DNA of 64,000 nt from Minisyncoccota bacterium (GTDB taxonomy: Bacteria > Patescibacteriota > Minisyncoccia > Phycocordibacterales > UBA2100), in NCBI GenBank assembly GCA_031291875.1, contig JARLIE010000183.1, forward strand, positions 65,356 to 129,355, given 5' to 3'. This document shows positions 55,454-62,959 of the stretch, in pieces. The first letter of the stretch is position 1, and each line of letters opens with the position of its first letter. The position numbers and the translations under genes were made by a program. The notes below the pieces were generated by a model that made no database searches, was not told the origin of the DNA, and saw only the letters and a list, made by a program, of their open reading frames with translations.

Positions 55454-55780
55454 TTATTTATCATTTTTTAAAAACATCTCTAATCTGTCCAATTTCTCCT
55501 CCCACAGCTTTCGATACTGCTCCAAGTATTTATCAGCCTGTTGCAGACCCGTTGGCGAGAGCTCGACCCGCTGCTCTCGGCCACTCTTACGCTTGTGCAC
55601 TAGCTTGGCACGCTCGAGCACTTGGAGATGTTTTGAAACGGCGGCAAAGGTCAAATCATAATGATCAGCCAATTCACTGACCGTCTGCACACCAGGGGCC
55701 AATCGACGCAATATGTCGCGTCTCGTTGGATTGGCGAGGGATAAGAAGATACCGTCAAGCGTGGATTTATATTCAACCAT
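55454..55780 (-). CDS. ArsR/SmtB-family transcriptional regulator
   Basis: FLSLANPTRRDIL...AVSKHLQVLERAKLV...GRE. Confidence 0.92.
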   Translation of the reverse strand: MVEYKSTLDGIFLSLANPTRRDILRRLAPGVQTVSELADHYDLTFAAVSKHLQVLERAKLVHKRKSGREQRVELSPTGLQQADKYLEQYRKLWEEKLDRLEMFLKNDK

Positions 55781-55817
55781 TTAGTTGAATACTATACGCG
55801 TAGGTGTGACGTGTCAA
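55770..55817 (-). promoter_or_regulatory. ArsR operon promoter with probable autoregulatory operator
   Basis: Minus strand reads TTGACA-17-TAGTAT. Palindrome TATTCAAC-N6-GTTGAATA (55770..55791) overlaps the start codon. Confidence 0.7.
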
Positions 55818-55869
55818 CGTCTCACCCTTATAGACCGTCCGCAACTCATCGGAGGGGTCTAGCCCTCGG

Positions 55870-55899
55870 CATACCTCCGATACTAAATACTTTGGGCGG
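55870..55899 (+). repeat. Island repeat copy 3: CATACCTCCGATACTAAAT-N6-GGCGG
   Basis: Direct repeat; see copies 1 and 2. Confidence 0.85.
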
Positions 55900-56045
55900 A
55901 GAGTAGTAGACGAAGTTAGAACTTTTTGGTCAGCTTCTTCTAACCACTTTTACCTTCCAAATCTAACCTCTAGTGCGGCTCAAATCAACTAAAGAGCCCG
56001 TCTCACTCGGAGACGGGCTAGATGCGTTCAAGGTTATTTGCTGCT

Positions 56046-56300
56046 TTAGGCGGCAGCAACTTGGAGCGCACGGAACGCTTCGGAGCCACGCTCGGCTTCA
56101 ATAATGGTAACCGCAGTGTTCTTTTGCAGCCGACCATCTTCCGCTGCACTCATCAGAGCAATCCTGCCTTTCGTTTCGCCATTGATGACGGCGAACTTAT
56201 GTCCTGAGACGGGTTCATCCAGCGTCACGACACCAAACCGCCCACATCTGCTGACAGATGAAATCTTGCCGTGCAAAGGGGTAGCCAAATCGTTAGTCAT
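56046..56300 (-). CDS. Hypothetical 84-aa protein, possibly OB-fold-like
   Basis: SD GAGGAG. GKISSV...FGVV beta pattern. Downstream hairpin GCCCGTCTC/GAGACGGGC. Confidence 0.55.
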   Translation of the reverse strand: MTNDLATPLHGKISSVSRCGRFGVVTLDEPVSGHKFAVINGETKGRIALMSAAEDGRLQKNTAVTIIEAERGSEAFRALQVAAA

Positions 56301-56545
56301 CTCACACTCCTCGTGTTTGAGCCCAAGGTCGTACTAACGAAAAACTACCACTTTGGTCACAAAACTACAATCGGTTAGAACTTCTTGCTTGAATGTATAA
56401 AAATCTATGCAGCTCTTGCTAAAAGAAGTAACGAAAACAATAAACCCTATAAAATGCCATCCAAGCTATTACTCCTGTTAGAACTTCCGAAACTGGCTCA
56501 ACCGAAGGACAAACGGTTACTTTCGCAGACGAAAATCTACTTGAG

Positions 56546-56630
56546 CGGAGGGTGAGGGATTCGAACCCTCGGTACCTTGCGGTACACACGCTTTCCAAGC
56601 GTGCGCACTAGACCACTATGCGAACCCTCC
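56546..56630 (-). tRNA. tRNA-Ser(GGA)
   Basis: Reverse complement GGAGGGTTCGCATAGTGGTCTAGTGCGCACGCTTGGAAAGCGTG...GGTTCGAATCCCTCACCCTCCG. Confidence 0.95.
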
Positions 56631-56709
56631 TCGTTCGCGGGCTAGTATACGCCAGGAACGCCTGTATAAAAAGTACGACCGCCTTAGAAAGGCGGTCGTG
56701 TCGTGAAGA

Positions 56710-56874
56710 TCAGCACCCTGCATACCAACCTTCGGGAAATGGAATAAGTGGCCACGCGGAATCGTTGTCGTTCGCGTAGGACTGTTTGGTGGCGAAGTTT
56801 GGAAAGTCGGTCTCTGGGACTTCTTTCCGCTCGTCGTCTTGCTTTGGGCCCTCGGAATCATTCACGATTTCCAT
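56710..56874 (-). CDS. Putative small peptide ending ANDNDSAWPLIPFPEGWYAGC
   Basis: Overlaps the stop of the upstream small ORF and is followed by a hairpin (about 56674..56700). Start uncertain: ATG 56874 or GTG 56865. Confidence 0.55.
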   Translation of the reverse strand: MEIVNDSEGPKQDDERKEVPETDFPNFATKQSYANDNDSAWPLIPFPEGWYAGC

Positions 56875-57044
56875 GGACGTCGGAAGAACGTGGTGTCGTC
56901 CTTCCTCTCCCACACCGGTCTCTCAGCGGGCGCTCCGGTCGTCGCGGCCGCTTCGTCCTGCCTCTCTTGATGGTCCGTTTGTACGAATTTCGGCTTATCG
57001 GAATTCAGGGCAATAATTCGATCTCCTCGGCAACATCCGGGCAT
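56862..57044 (-). CDS. Putative 60-aa peptide MPGCCRGD...FFRRPWKS
   Basis: Strong SD AAAGGAGG 6 nt upstream of the ATG at 57044. Confidence 0.5.
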   Translation of the reverse strand: MPGCCRGDRIIALNSDKPKFVQTDHQERQDEAAATTGAPAERPVWERKDDTTFFRRPWKS

Positions 57045-57084
57045 GTGCTTCCTCCTTTTGTTGGCTCCGAGTGGCATTATGCCA

Positions 57085-57987
57085 CTAAACTTTTATGCCT
57101 TCAAGTGCTTCGATTCGCTTCTCAATCGGCGGGTGTGTCGAGAATAAATTCTGCATCCACTTCCCTGCCGGGTGCGCACCGAACGGGTTTGAGATATAAA
57201 GATGCGCGGTCGTCGTCGAGGCCGTGCGCATAGGCGCCTCGTAGCTGCCCAATTTGCGCAAAGCGGACTCGAGGCCCTCCGGATATCGCGTGAGAAGTGC
57301 GCCGGAAGCATCGGCGAGGTATTCGCGCCGTCGGGAAATCGCGAGCTGGATAAGCGTCGCCGCGATTGGCGCGAGAATAATGGCGATGAAGCCCAGGACG
57401 AGAATGACTGCGTTTTGATTGTCGCGATCTCGCCCACCGCCAGAGCCGTTCCAGAAGCTGATCCTTAGGAAGAAATTCGCGAGCAATGAAATGATGCCCA
57501 CGAGCACGATCGCTGCCGTCGAAAGAAGAATATCGCGGTTGCCGATGTGCGAGAGTTCGTGTGCGAGCACACCTTCGAGCTCGCTGCGATCCATCATCTG
57601 CAAGAGGCCTTCCGTCACCGCGATTGCCGCGTGATTTTTGTCGCGACCGGTCGCGAACGCGTTCGGAGCGGGATCAGGAATAATGTATACGCGGGGCTTG
57701 GGCAAGCCTGCAGTGATGGCGAGGTTCTCGACAATGCGGTGGAGCTCTCGGTAGTGATCCTCATCAGCCGGATACGCGCGAGCCTGCGCAAGCGCGGTCC
57801 TGTCGGAGAACCAGTACGCCCAAACGTTCATACCAAGGGCGAGGGCGATCGCGATATACAATATCGCGGTCGAATCGTAGTAGTACGAAACGAACCAACC
57901 GATTGCGACGACCAATGCTAAAAAGACCGTCATCATAAGCCACGTGCGCACGACGTTGCGGGATTGTTGCGTGTAGAGGGATGCCAT
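57085..57987 (-). CDS. htpX: Zinc metalloprotease HtpX (M48)
   Basis: PNAFATG, LAHELSH, SRRREYLAD, FSTHPP. Confidence 0.94.
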   Translation of the reverse strand: MASLYTQQSRNVVRTWLMMTVFLALVVAIGWFVSYYYDSTAILYIAIALALGMNVWAYWFSDRTALAQARAYPADEDHYRELHRIVENLAITAGLPKPRVYIIPDPAPNAFATGRDKNHAAIAVTEGLLQMMDRSELEGVLAHELSHIGNRDILLSTAAIVLVGIISLLANFFLRISFWNGSGGGRDRDNQNAVILVLGFIAIILAPIAATLIQLAISRRREYLADASGALLTRYPEGLESALRKLGSYEAPMRTASTTTAHLYISNPFGAHPAGKWMQNLFSTHPPIEKRIEALEGIKV

Positions 57988-58038
57988 GGCGCAATAATAC
58001 CGCTTTCGCTCGGCAAATCCAACAAAACATACGGCCCG

Positions 58039-58578
58039 CTAGCAGGCGGGCCGTTTTCGTTTTCGCTTTCTTGAACGCTTCGAAAGGCGATAGTGGTCTC
58101 CCATGCGACGGATGCACTCACCAGCTATCCCGATCACCCGGTACTTTTGTATGTCACCGGCTCTGACCCATTTGAACTCCGAACAATCACCTCGTTTGAG
58201 TTTGACGCAACCTCCTACGTGCCTAGCAGCAAAAACGATGAATATCGAATATATGCCGTCGGGCCGGACGAACGACGCATTGTCGAGATACCGGGGCACG
58301 CCAACTTCGATCCCGGCCTCTTCGAGGCTCTCGCGGGAACCGGCTCGATACAGCACGCCTTGACCGAAGGATCGCTTTTTTCGAAATCCGACAAAGTCTT
58401 TTTTGCGATCAACGCCGCCACCCGGCAAGGTCCAACGATGCGGCCACACCGTGTGTCGACCAGTCCTTCGCATAATTAGATACTCGCGCGGATTGCCGCG
58501 ATAGATGACGTACTGGACGACGACCCGGTATCGCTCTTGGAGCTTTTGTTTGGTTGATTTCTCCGACCTCTTTTTCAT
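58039..58578 (-). CDS. NUDIX hydrolase with basic termini
   Basis: WTLPGGGVD...RESLEEAGI. SD AAGGAG. Confidence 0.8.
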   Translation of the reverse strand: MKKRSEKSTKQKLQERYRVVVQYVIYRGNPREYLIMRRTGRHTVWPHRWTLPGGGVDRKKDFVGFRKKRSFGQGVLYRAGSRESLEEAGIEVGVPRYLDNASFVRPDGIYSIFIVFAARHVGGCVKLKRGDCSEFKWVRAGDIQKYRVIGIAGECIRRMGDHYRLSKRSRKRKRKRPAC

Positions 58579-58701
58579 TCGAAGTCTCCTTTCCTTCCGA
58601 CTCTATACCAGAAAAAGCCTACAATTGCACTTCAAACAAGAAAGGCGGCCAAGTATGACCGCCTTTAAAGACGTAATAATGTCGTCGCCGGCACGCCCGA
58701 A

Positions 58702-59265
58702 CTAGAACTGCACTTTTACCGGTTGTTGTGCCGCTGCCTGTTCTTCCGCACCAAGTTGAAAGTAATCGGCGGGCTTGAAGCCGAACATATTCCCGATCAA
58801 ATTGCCCGGGAAACGTTGCAAACGGGTGTTGAGATCCTGCACGACTGAATTGTAGAAACGGCGCGCGGCCTGCAGTTTGTTTTCGGTGTCTTCGAGTTGG
58901 CGCTGGAGTTCGAGGAAGTTTTCGTTCGCTTTCAAGTTGGGATAGCTTTCGGCGACTGCGAAGAGCGATTTGAGCGCTCCGGAGAGCATGTCTTCGGCCT
59001 GTGCCTTATCGGCTGGCGCGGTCGCGTTCATCGCGCGAGTGCGCATCTCGGTGACCTTTTCGAGGGTACCGGATTCGTGCGCGGCATAGCCCTTGACCGT
59101 TTCAACCAAATTCGGGATGAGATCGTAGCGGCGTTTGAGCTGCACGTCGATATCCGACCAAGCTTCTTTCACGCGCTGTGTGAGCGTGACAAAACCGTTA
59201 TAAGAAGCGACCGCCCAAATCACGAGAATAACGAGTATCGCGAGCAAGACGTAGAGAAGTGTCAT
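58702..59265 (-). CDS. lemA: LemA family protein
   Basis: WSDIDVQLKRRYDLIPNLV, ESYPNLKA, ARRFYN. Confidence 0.95.
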   Translation of the reverse strand: MTLLYVLLAILVILVIWAVASYNGFVTLTQRVKEAWSDIDVQLKRRYDLIPNLVETVKGYAAHESGTLEKVTEMRTRAMNATAPADKAQAEDMLSGALKSLFAVAESYPNLKANENFLELQRQLEDTENKLQAARRFYNSVVQDLNTRLQRFPGNLIGNMFGFKPADYFQLGAEEQAAAQQPVKVQF

Positions 59266-59313
59266 ATGCAAATATTATACAACATATAACCGGTTTATTC
59301 CAAGATACGATTG

Positions 59314-59379
59314 GGTGTGAATGGACACCATTCACACCTAAATTAAGTAAAGCCTGTGAATGGTGCCCATTCACAGGCT
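59314..59379. repeat. Twin palindromes with core GTGAATGG-N3-CCATTCAC
   Basis: GGTGTGAATGG-aca-CCATTCACACC (59314..59338) and AGCCTGTGAATGG-tgc-CCATTCACAGGCT (59351..59379). Confidence 0.8.
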
Positions 59380-62300
59380 AGTAGCAAAAGCCGGTCGTCC
59401 AACAGACTTTTAGATAGCTGGTATTGATTGCGTTGGTTTGCAAAAATCCGATTTGTCCAAGGCCAGGCTGTTCGAAAGGTGCTATATCCGCCGGAAGTTG
59501 GTATCCGGCGTTGCCGAGCATACTCTGAAGCTGCGTTACCTGAGAAGCTGATAGTGCATTCCATTGAATCGAATCGAGCTGCGATTGACTGAAGGTAACG
59601 GAAGACGCCCCCGAATCATACGCCGCGAGTACCGCTTCTTTCATACTCGGTGGTATCGCTGCGGCGAGTATCGGGTTTACCAAGAAATCTCCACGAAGAT
59701 CGCCCGCGTTCGAGAGTGTGTACGTTTTCTCAGGAGCGGGAACCGGGGTTTGATCCGCGCCAGCGCTTGCGGCATTTGCCTTCTCTTGATTGAGCTGGTC
59801 GGCCTGCTGCTGTGCGGCCGCCTGTTGAACCTGTTGCGTAACCTGATCGCCTGATTGCTGAACCGCGATTTGTCCTTCGCTCGCAGCAACATTGTTCATG
59901 ACCCCCGCCGTTTGCGGACCAACAGCGCCGTCAGATTGAATACCGTTTCCTTTTTGAAAGGTTTCGACGGCCGCCTGCGTTTGTGCGCCATAGACACCGT
60001 CAACTTTGAGACTGAATCCCTGCTGGTTGAGAAATTGTTGAATCGTTTTGACGTCCGCACCGGTATTCCCTACTTCACAGACGCCGCCGCAACCAGCGAG
60101 ATTAAGGCCGAGCTGCCCAGCATCCGCCGGACGAGGCGTAGGTAGCGGAGGATTTTCTATCGGCTGCACATCCTGCTGGAACTGCGTGGCGTCGGTGATC
60201 GTTTTCGCCACATCCGGGTTGTACGAAGCCGCACCGAGCGCGACCGAATTTGGGTCGAACGAATCGGTACTTAGTTTGGTTCCATTAGCGTCCGACCCGA
60301 TCGAGGAATTTGTATCGATGAGTGAAAAATTTCGATCCGCGCTCGTCACGTCGGCGAGCGTCGCGGCTGCACTTGCAGGAGGAGGCGTTCCTGCCAAAGA
60401 AGCATCCATCTGCGCCGCGACGGTTTGTTGGATCTGCGCGGTAACCTGCTCACCGCTTTGCACATCGGTCGAAGGAGTCGGTATTTCTCTTGCAATCGCG
60501 ATCTGTCGAAGAGAATCGACCGAGTTCTGAAACGCGTCCTGCACGTAATTGGCTGCATTTGAAACCGCACTCGAAACACGATCGGTGAGCGACGCTTGTA
60601 CGGGAGCTAAAGCGGATTGTTCGACCGGAGGCGTCGGAACACTCTGCGCAACCGGCGCTTGCGCAGCTACCTCATGCGCAATTTGATTCGTGAGCGCCTC
60701 TCCGCTTTGCACGCTCGTGTCGGGCACCGGAACCTGCGAAGGAGCACTCTTAAGCGCTTGGTCGTATGCCGCAGTTTGTTGATCCGCCTGCGCGAGTCGA
60801 TCTTGCAATTGCGCCTGCTGCGCCGCCTGGTAATCGGGAGTGTTTCCCTGTACGGAGTTGTAGAACGAGTTCGCATCTTGCGGGGAAAGACTCTGTCCCT
60901 GCGTGAGCAGTTGCGCCTGCGCCTGCGCTTGTGTCGGGATGTTTACCTCCGCTGCTGACGGAACAGGCACCTGATTGCCCGCGCCGGCGATTGCACTGTC
61001 GTAGATTTGCTGCGTAAGCGCCTGGCCGCTTGGCAGATCGGTATTGACCGGGGGCAGTATTGGATTATTAAATGCTACCGTTTGAGCATCGGCCTGCGCG
61101 AGACGATCGTTCAACTGCGTTTGTTGTGCGTCTTGCGCAAGCTGCGCTTCGATCGAAGCCTGCGCATCCGTCTGTACTTGCTCGGGAGTCGGAATGTTGG
61201 CGGCGATTTGCTGATCGGAAAGCGGCAATGCCGAGCTAGTGACTTGTCCGGCCGGATACGGCGCTTCGAGCTGGGGGCCTTGCGTGACGTTGCCACTCGG
61301 GTTTGCAGGCCCTTGATCGACCGCGACTTGCGGCTCGGTATAGGGCGCGAGACTAGGAGTTACTCCTTGAAGCACGCCGCCGCTCAAGCCGCCGTCTTGT
61401 GTGGCCGAAATCGGCTGAAAATTCGCTGAACCGGTCGGTTCGAGCAGAGGACTAGAGTCGACTTGTCCTGCTGGATATGCCGTTCCCGAATCGGCAAGCG
61501 CGGGCGATTGGAACTGTGAACTGCCGCCGATCGAAGCAGTCCAACCTTCGGCGAGGGGGCCGGGTGTATAGGAATCACTGGGAAGCGATCCTGGTGTGGA
61601 GTTCCAAAGACTGTTCAACGTGGATGCGACCTGTACCCCCGAAGAGTAACCGCCCGTGCTGTTTACGAGCGACACCTGCATATCGGCCCGTCCTTGATCT
61701 TGCGTAAGGCCGACGGCATTTGCAGCAGCAGGATTCAAGTCGATACCTTTTCCGCAAGCCGAACAACTATCCCCCACTACGGCTGTTATAGATTGTCCCG
61801 TATCTGGATTCGTTACTTTAAGGACGTCTCCATACGAGTATCCTGAGTTGTATCCCGCAGCCACTGTCGGAACTTTTGGATCCAGATAGTTGTCGTGTGT
61901 GCCATACAACCCTCCCTCTTCGACAACGCTACAGCCTGTGGGTCCTCCAACGCAGCCGGGATAGTAGATCGTTGCAGGGGTGGTCTCCCCTGTTCCCGCC
62001 CCTGTGCCGGGCTGTTGGCTGCCGAATGTATTTTGCTCAACATATGAGAGCGCCGATTGCGCCCAGCTGCCGCCCGTATCGGCGATTCCCTTTGCGACAC
62101 TTTGTGCGTCCTGCATTGCGAGTTCCCCGGGTGTTTGCGTAACAAGAGAATTCGCCTGCGCAACGTCTTGCAACGACGGGCCGAGATTTCCATCCGGCGT
62201 CGAGACGGGCGCAAAACCGGGATTGGAAACGGGCGAGAATGAGCTATCTGTTGATCCTCCTACGGGAGAAGACTCGAGCGGTGGCGCAGGCACACTCGAT

Positions 62301-62956
62301 TGCAGTTGATATGATTGTTGTGCATCGGGTAACCAAGCTGCTTGATCAGACAAAGACTGGCCTGTGGATCCGTTCGGCTCCCCTCCCACATACTGAGGCG
62401 GTACCGTACCGTTTTGTCCCGAGATCCATTGGTATGCATCTTGCAGGAGTGAGCTTCCCTGGGTCGGCGTCCCGACCGTCGTCGGCTGCGCACTTGCGGC
62501 GGGTGTCGCGCCGGAAGAAGCCGATGCGGGATTCGCGCCACTAACCGTCGGCGATGCGCTGGGGTTTGCATTTGTCTGCGTTCCGTTTGCCGAGGCACCA
62601 TTCGTAGCCTGCTGCTTTTGCTGTGGCGTTACTTGCTGTGGCGTTTTGCCATCTGTTTTTTGAGCTAAACACTTTCCTGCCGCGACGCAGATTCCCTGCG
62701 TCGGCTGACCGTTGGTGACATCCTGACAAATCCCGACCGGACACGCATGCGTATTGCTTCCTTTACTACACTTTCCGGGATTGCTGCTATCCGGTTTTTC
62801 GTTGCAGGGACATTGTTCGTAGTACGGCTGACACAAACCATCGGCGCTCTCTCCGACCGCGCTCGCACGAGCTGCGGGCACCAGAATACACGCAAGGAGC
62901 GCAATCAAAATCAATTTCGATCTGAAACCTTTGTGACCCGTTTGCATGCTGCTCAT
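59378..62956 (-). CDS. Large secreted protein: Cys-rich N-terminus, RlpA/DPBB-like domain, Gln/Ala-rich repeats, PG_binding_1 domain
   Basis: GDVLKVTNPDTGQSITAVVGDSC...IDLNPAAA (DPBB-like). GNTGADVKTIQQFLNQQGF..VDGVYGAQT..AV..FQ...DGAVGPQT (PG-binding). Confidence 0.8.
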   Translation of the reverse strand: MSSMQTGHKGFRSKLILIALLACILVPAARASAVGESADGLCQPYYEQCPCNEKPDSSNPGKCSKGSNTHACPVGICQDVTNGQPTQGICVAAGKCLAQKTDGKTPQQVTPQQKQQATNGASANGTQTNANPSASPTVSGANPASASSGATPAASAQPTTVGTPTQGSSLLQDAYQWISGQNGTVPPQYVGGEPNGSTGQSLSDQAAWLPDAQQSYQLQSSVPAPPLESSPVGGSTDSSFSPVSNPGFAPVSTPDGNLGPSLQDVAQANSLVTQTPGELAMQDAQSVAKGIADTGGSWAQSALSYVEQNTFGSQQPGTGAGTGETTPATIYYPGCVGGPTGCSVVEEGGLYGTHDNYLDPKVPTVAAGYNSGYSYGDVLKVTNPDTGQSITAVVGDSCSACGKGIDLNPAAANAVGLTQDQGRADMQVSLVNSTGGYSSGVQVASTLNSLWNSTPGSLPSDSYTPGPLAEGWTASIGGSSQFQSPALADSGTAYPAGQVDSSPLLEPTGSANFQPISATQDGGLSGGVLQGVTPSLAPYTEPQVAVDQGPANPSGNVTQGPQLEAPYPAGQVTSSALPLSDQQIAANIPTPEQVQTDAQASIEAQLAQDAQQTQLNDRLAQADAQTVAFNNPILPPVNTDLPSGQALTQQIYDSAIAGAGNQVPVPSAAEVNIPTQAQAQAQLLTQGQSLSPQDANSFYNSVQGNTPDYQAAQQAQLQDRLAQADQQTAAYDQALKSAPSQVPVPDTSVQSGEALTNQIAHEVAAQAPVAQSVPTPPVEQSALAPVQASLTDRVSSAVSNAANYVQDAFQNSVDSLRQIAIAREIPTPSTDVQSGEQVTAQIQQTVAAQMDASLAGTPPPASAAATLADVTSADRNFSLIDTNSSIGSDANGTKLSTDSFDPNSVALGAASYNPDVAKTITDATQFQQDVQPIENPPLPTPRPADAGQLGLNLAGCGGVCEVGNTGADVKTIQQFLNQQGFSLKVDGVYGAQTQAAVETFQKGNGIQSDGAVGPQTAGVMNNVAASEGQIAVQQSGDQVTQQVQQAAAQQQADQLNQEKANAASAGADQTPVPAPEKTYTLSNAGDLRGDFLVNPILAAAIPPSMKEAVLAAYDSGASSVTFSQSQLDSIQWNALSASQVTQLQSMLGNAGYQLPADIAPFEQPGLGQIGFLQTNAINTSYLKVCWTTGFCY

Positions 62957-62959
62957 AGA

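Noticed and set aside
53822-55899. The three island repeats as a CRISPR array or canonical dif/attC sites
   Set aside because: They are about 650 and 1400 bp apart with genes between them, and there are no cas genes. The CATA-to-TAAAT distance is 10 nt versus 13 in dif, and there are no RYYYAAC/GTTRRRY ends.
56460-56545. Possible recombinase 3' remnant or attR next to tRNA-Ser
   Set aside because: No recognisable integrase motif, and I found no duplicate of the tRNA-Ser 3' end in the window.
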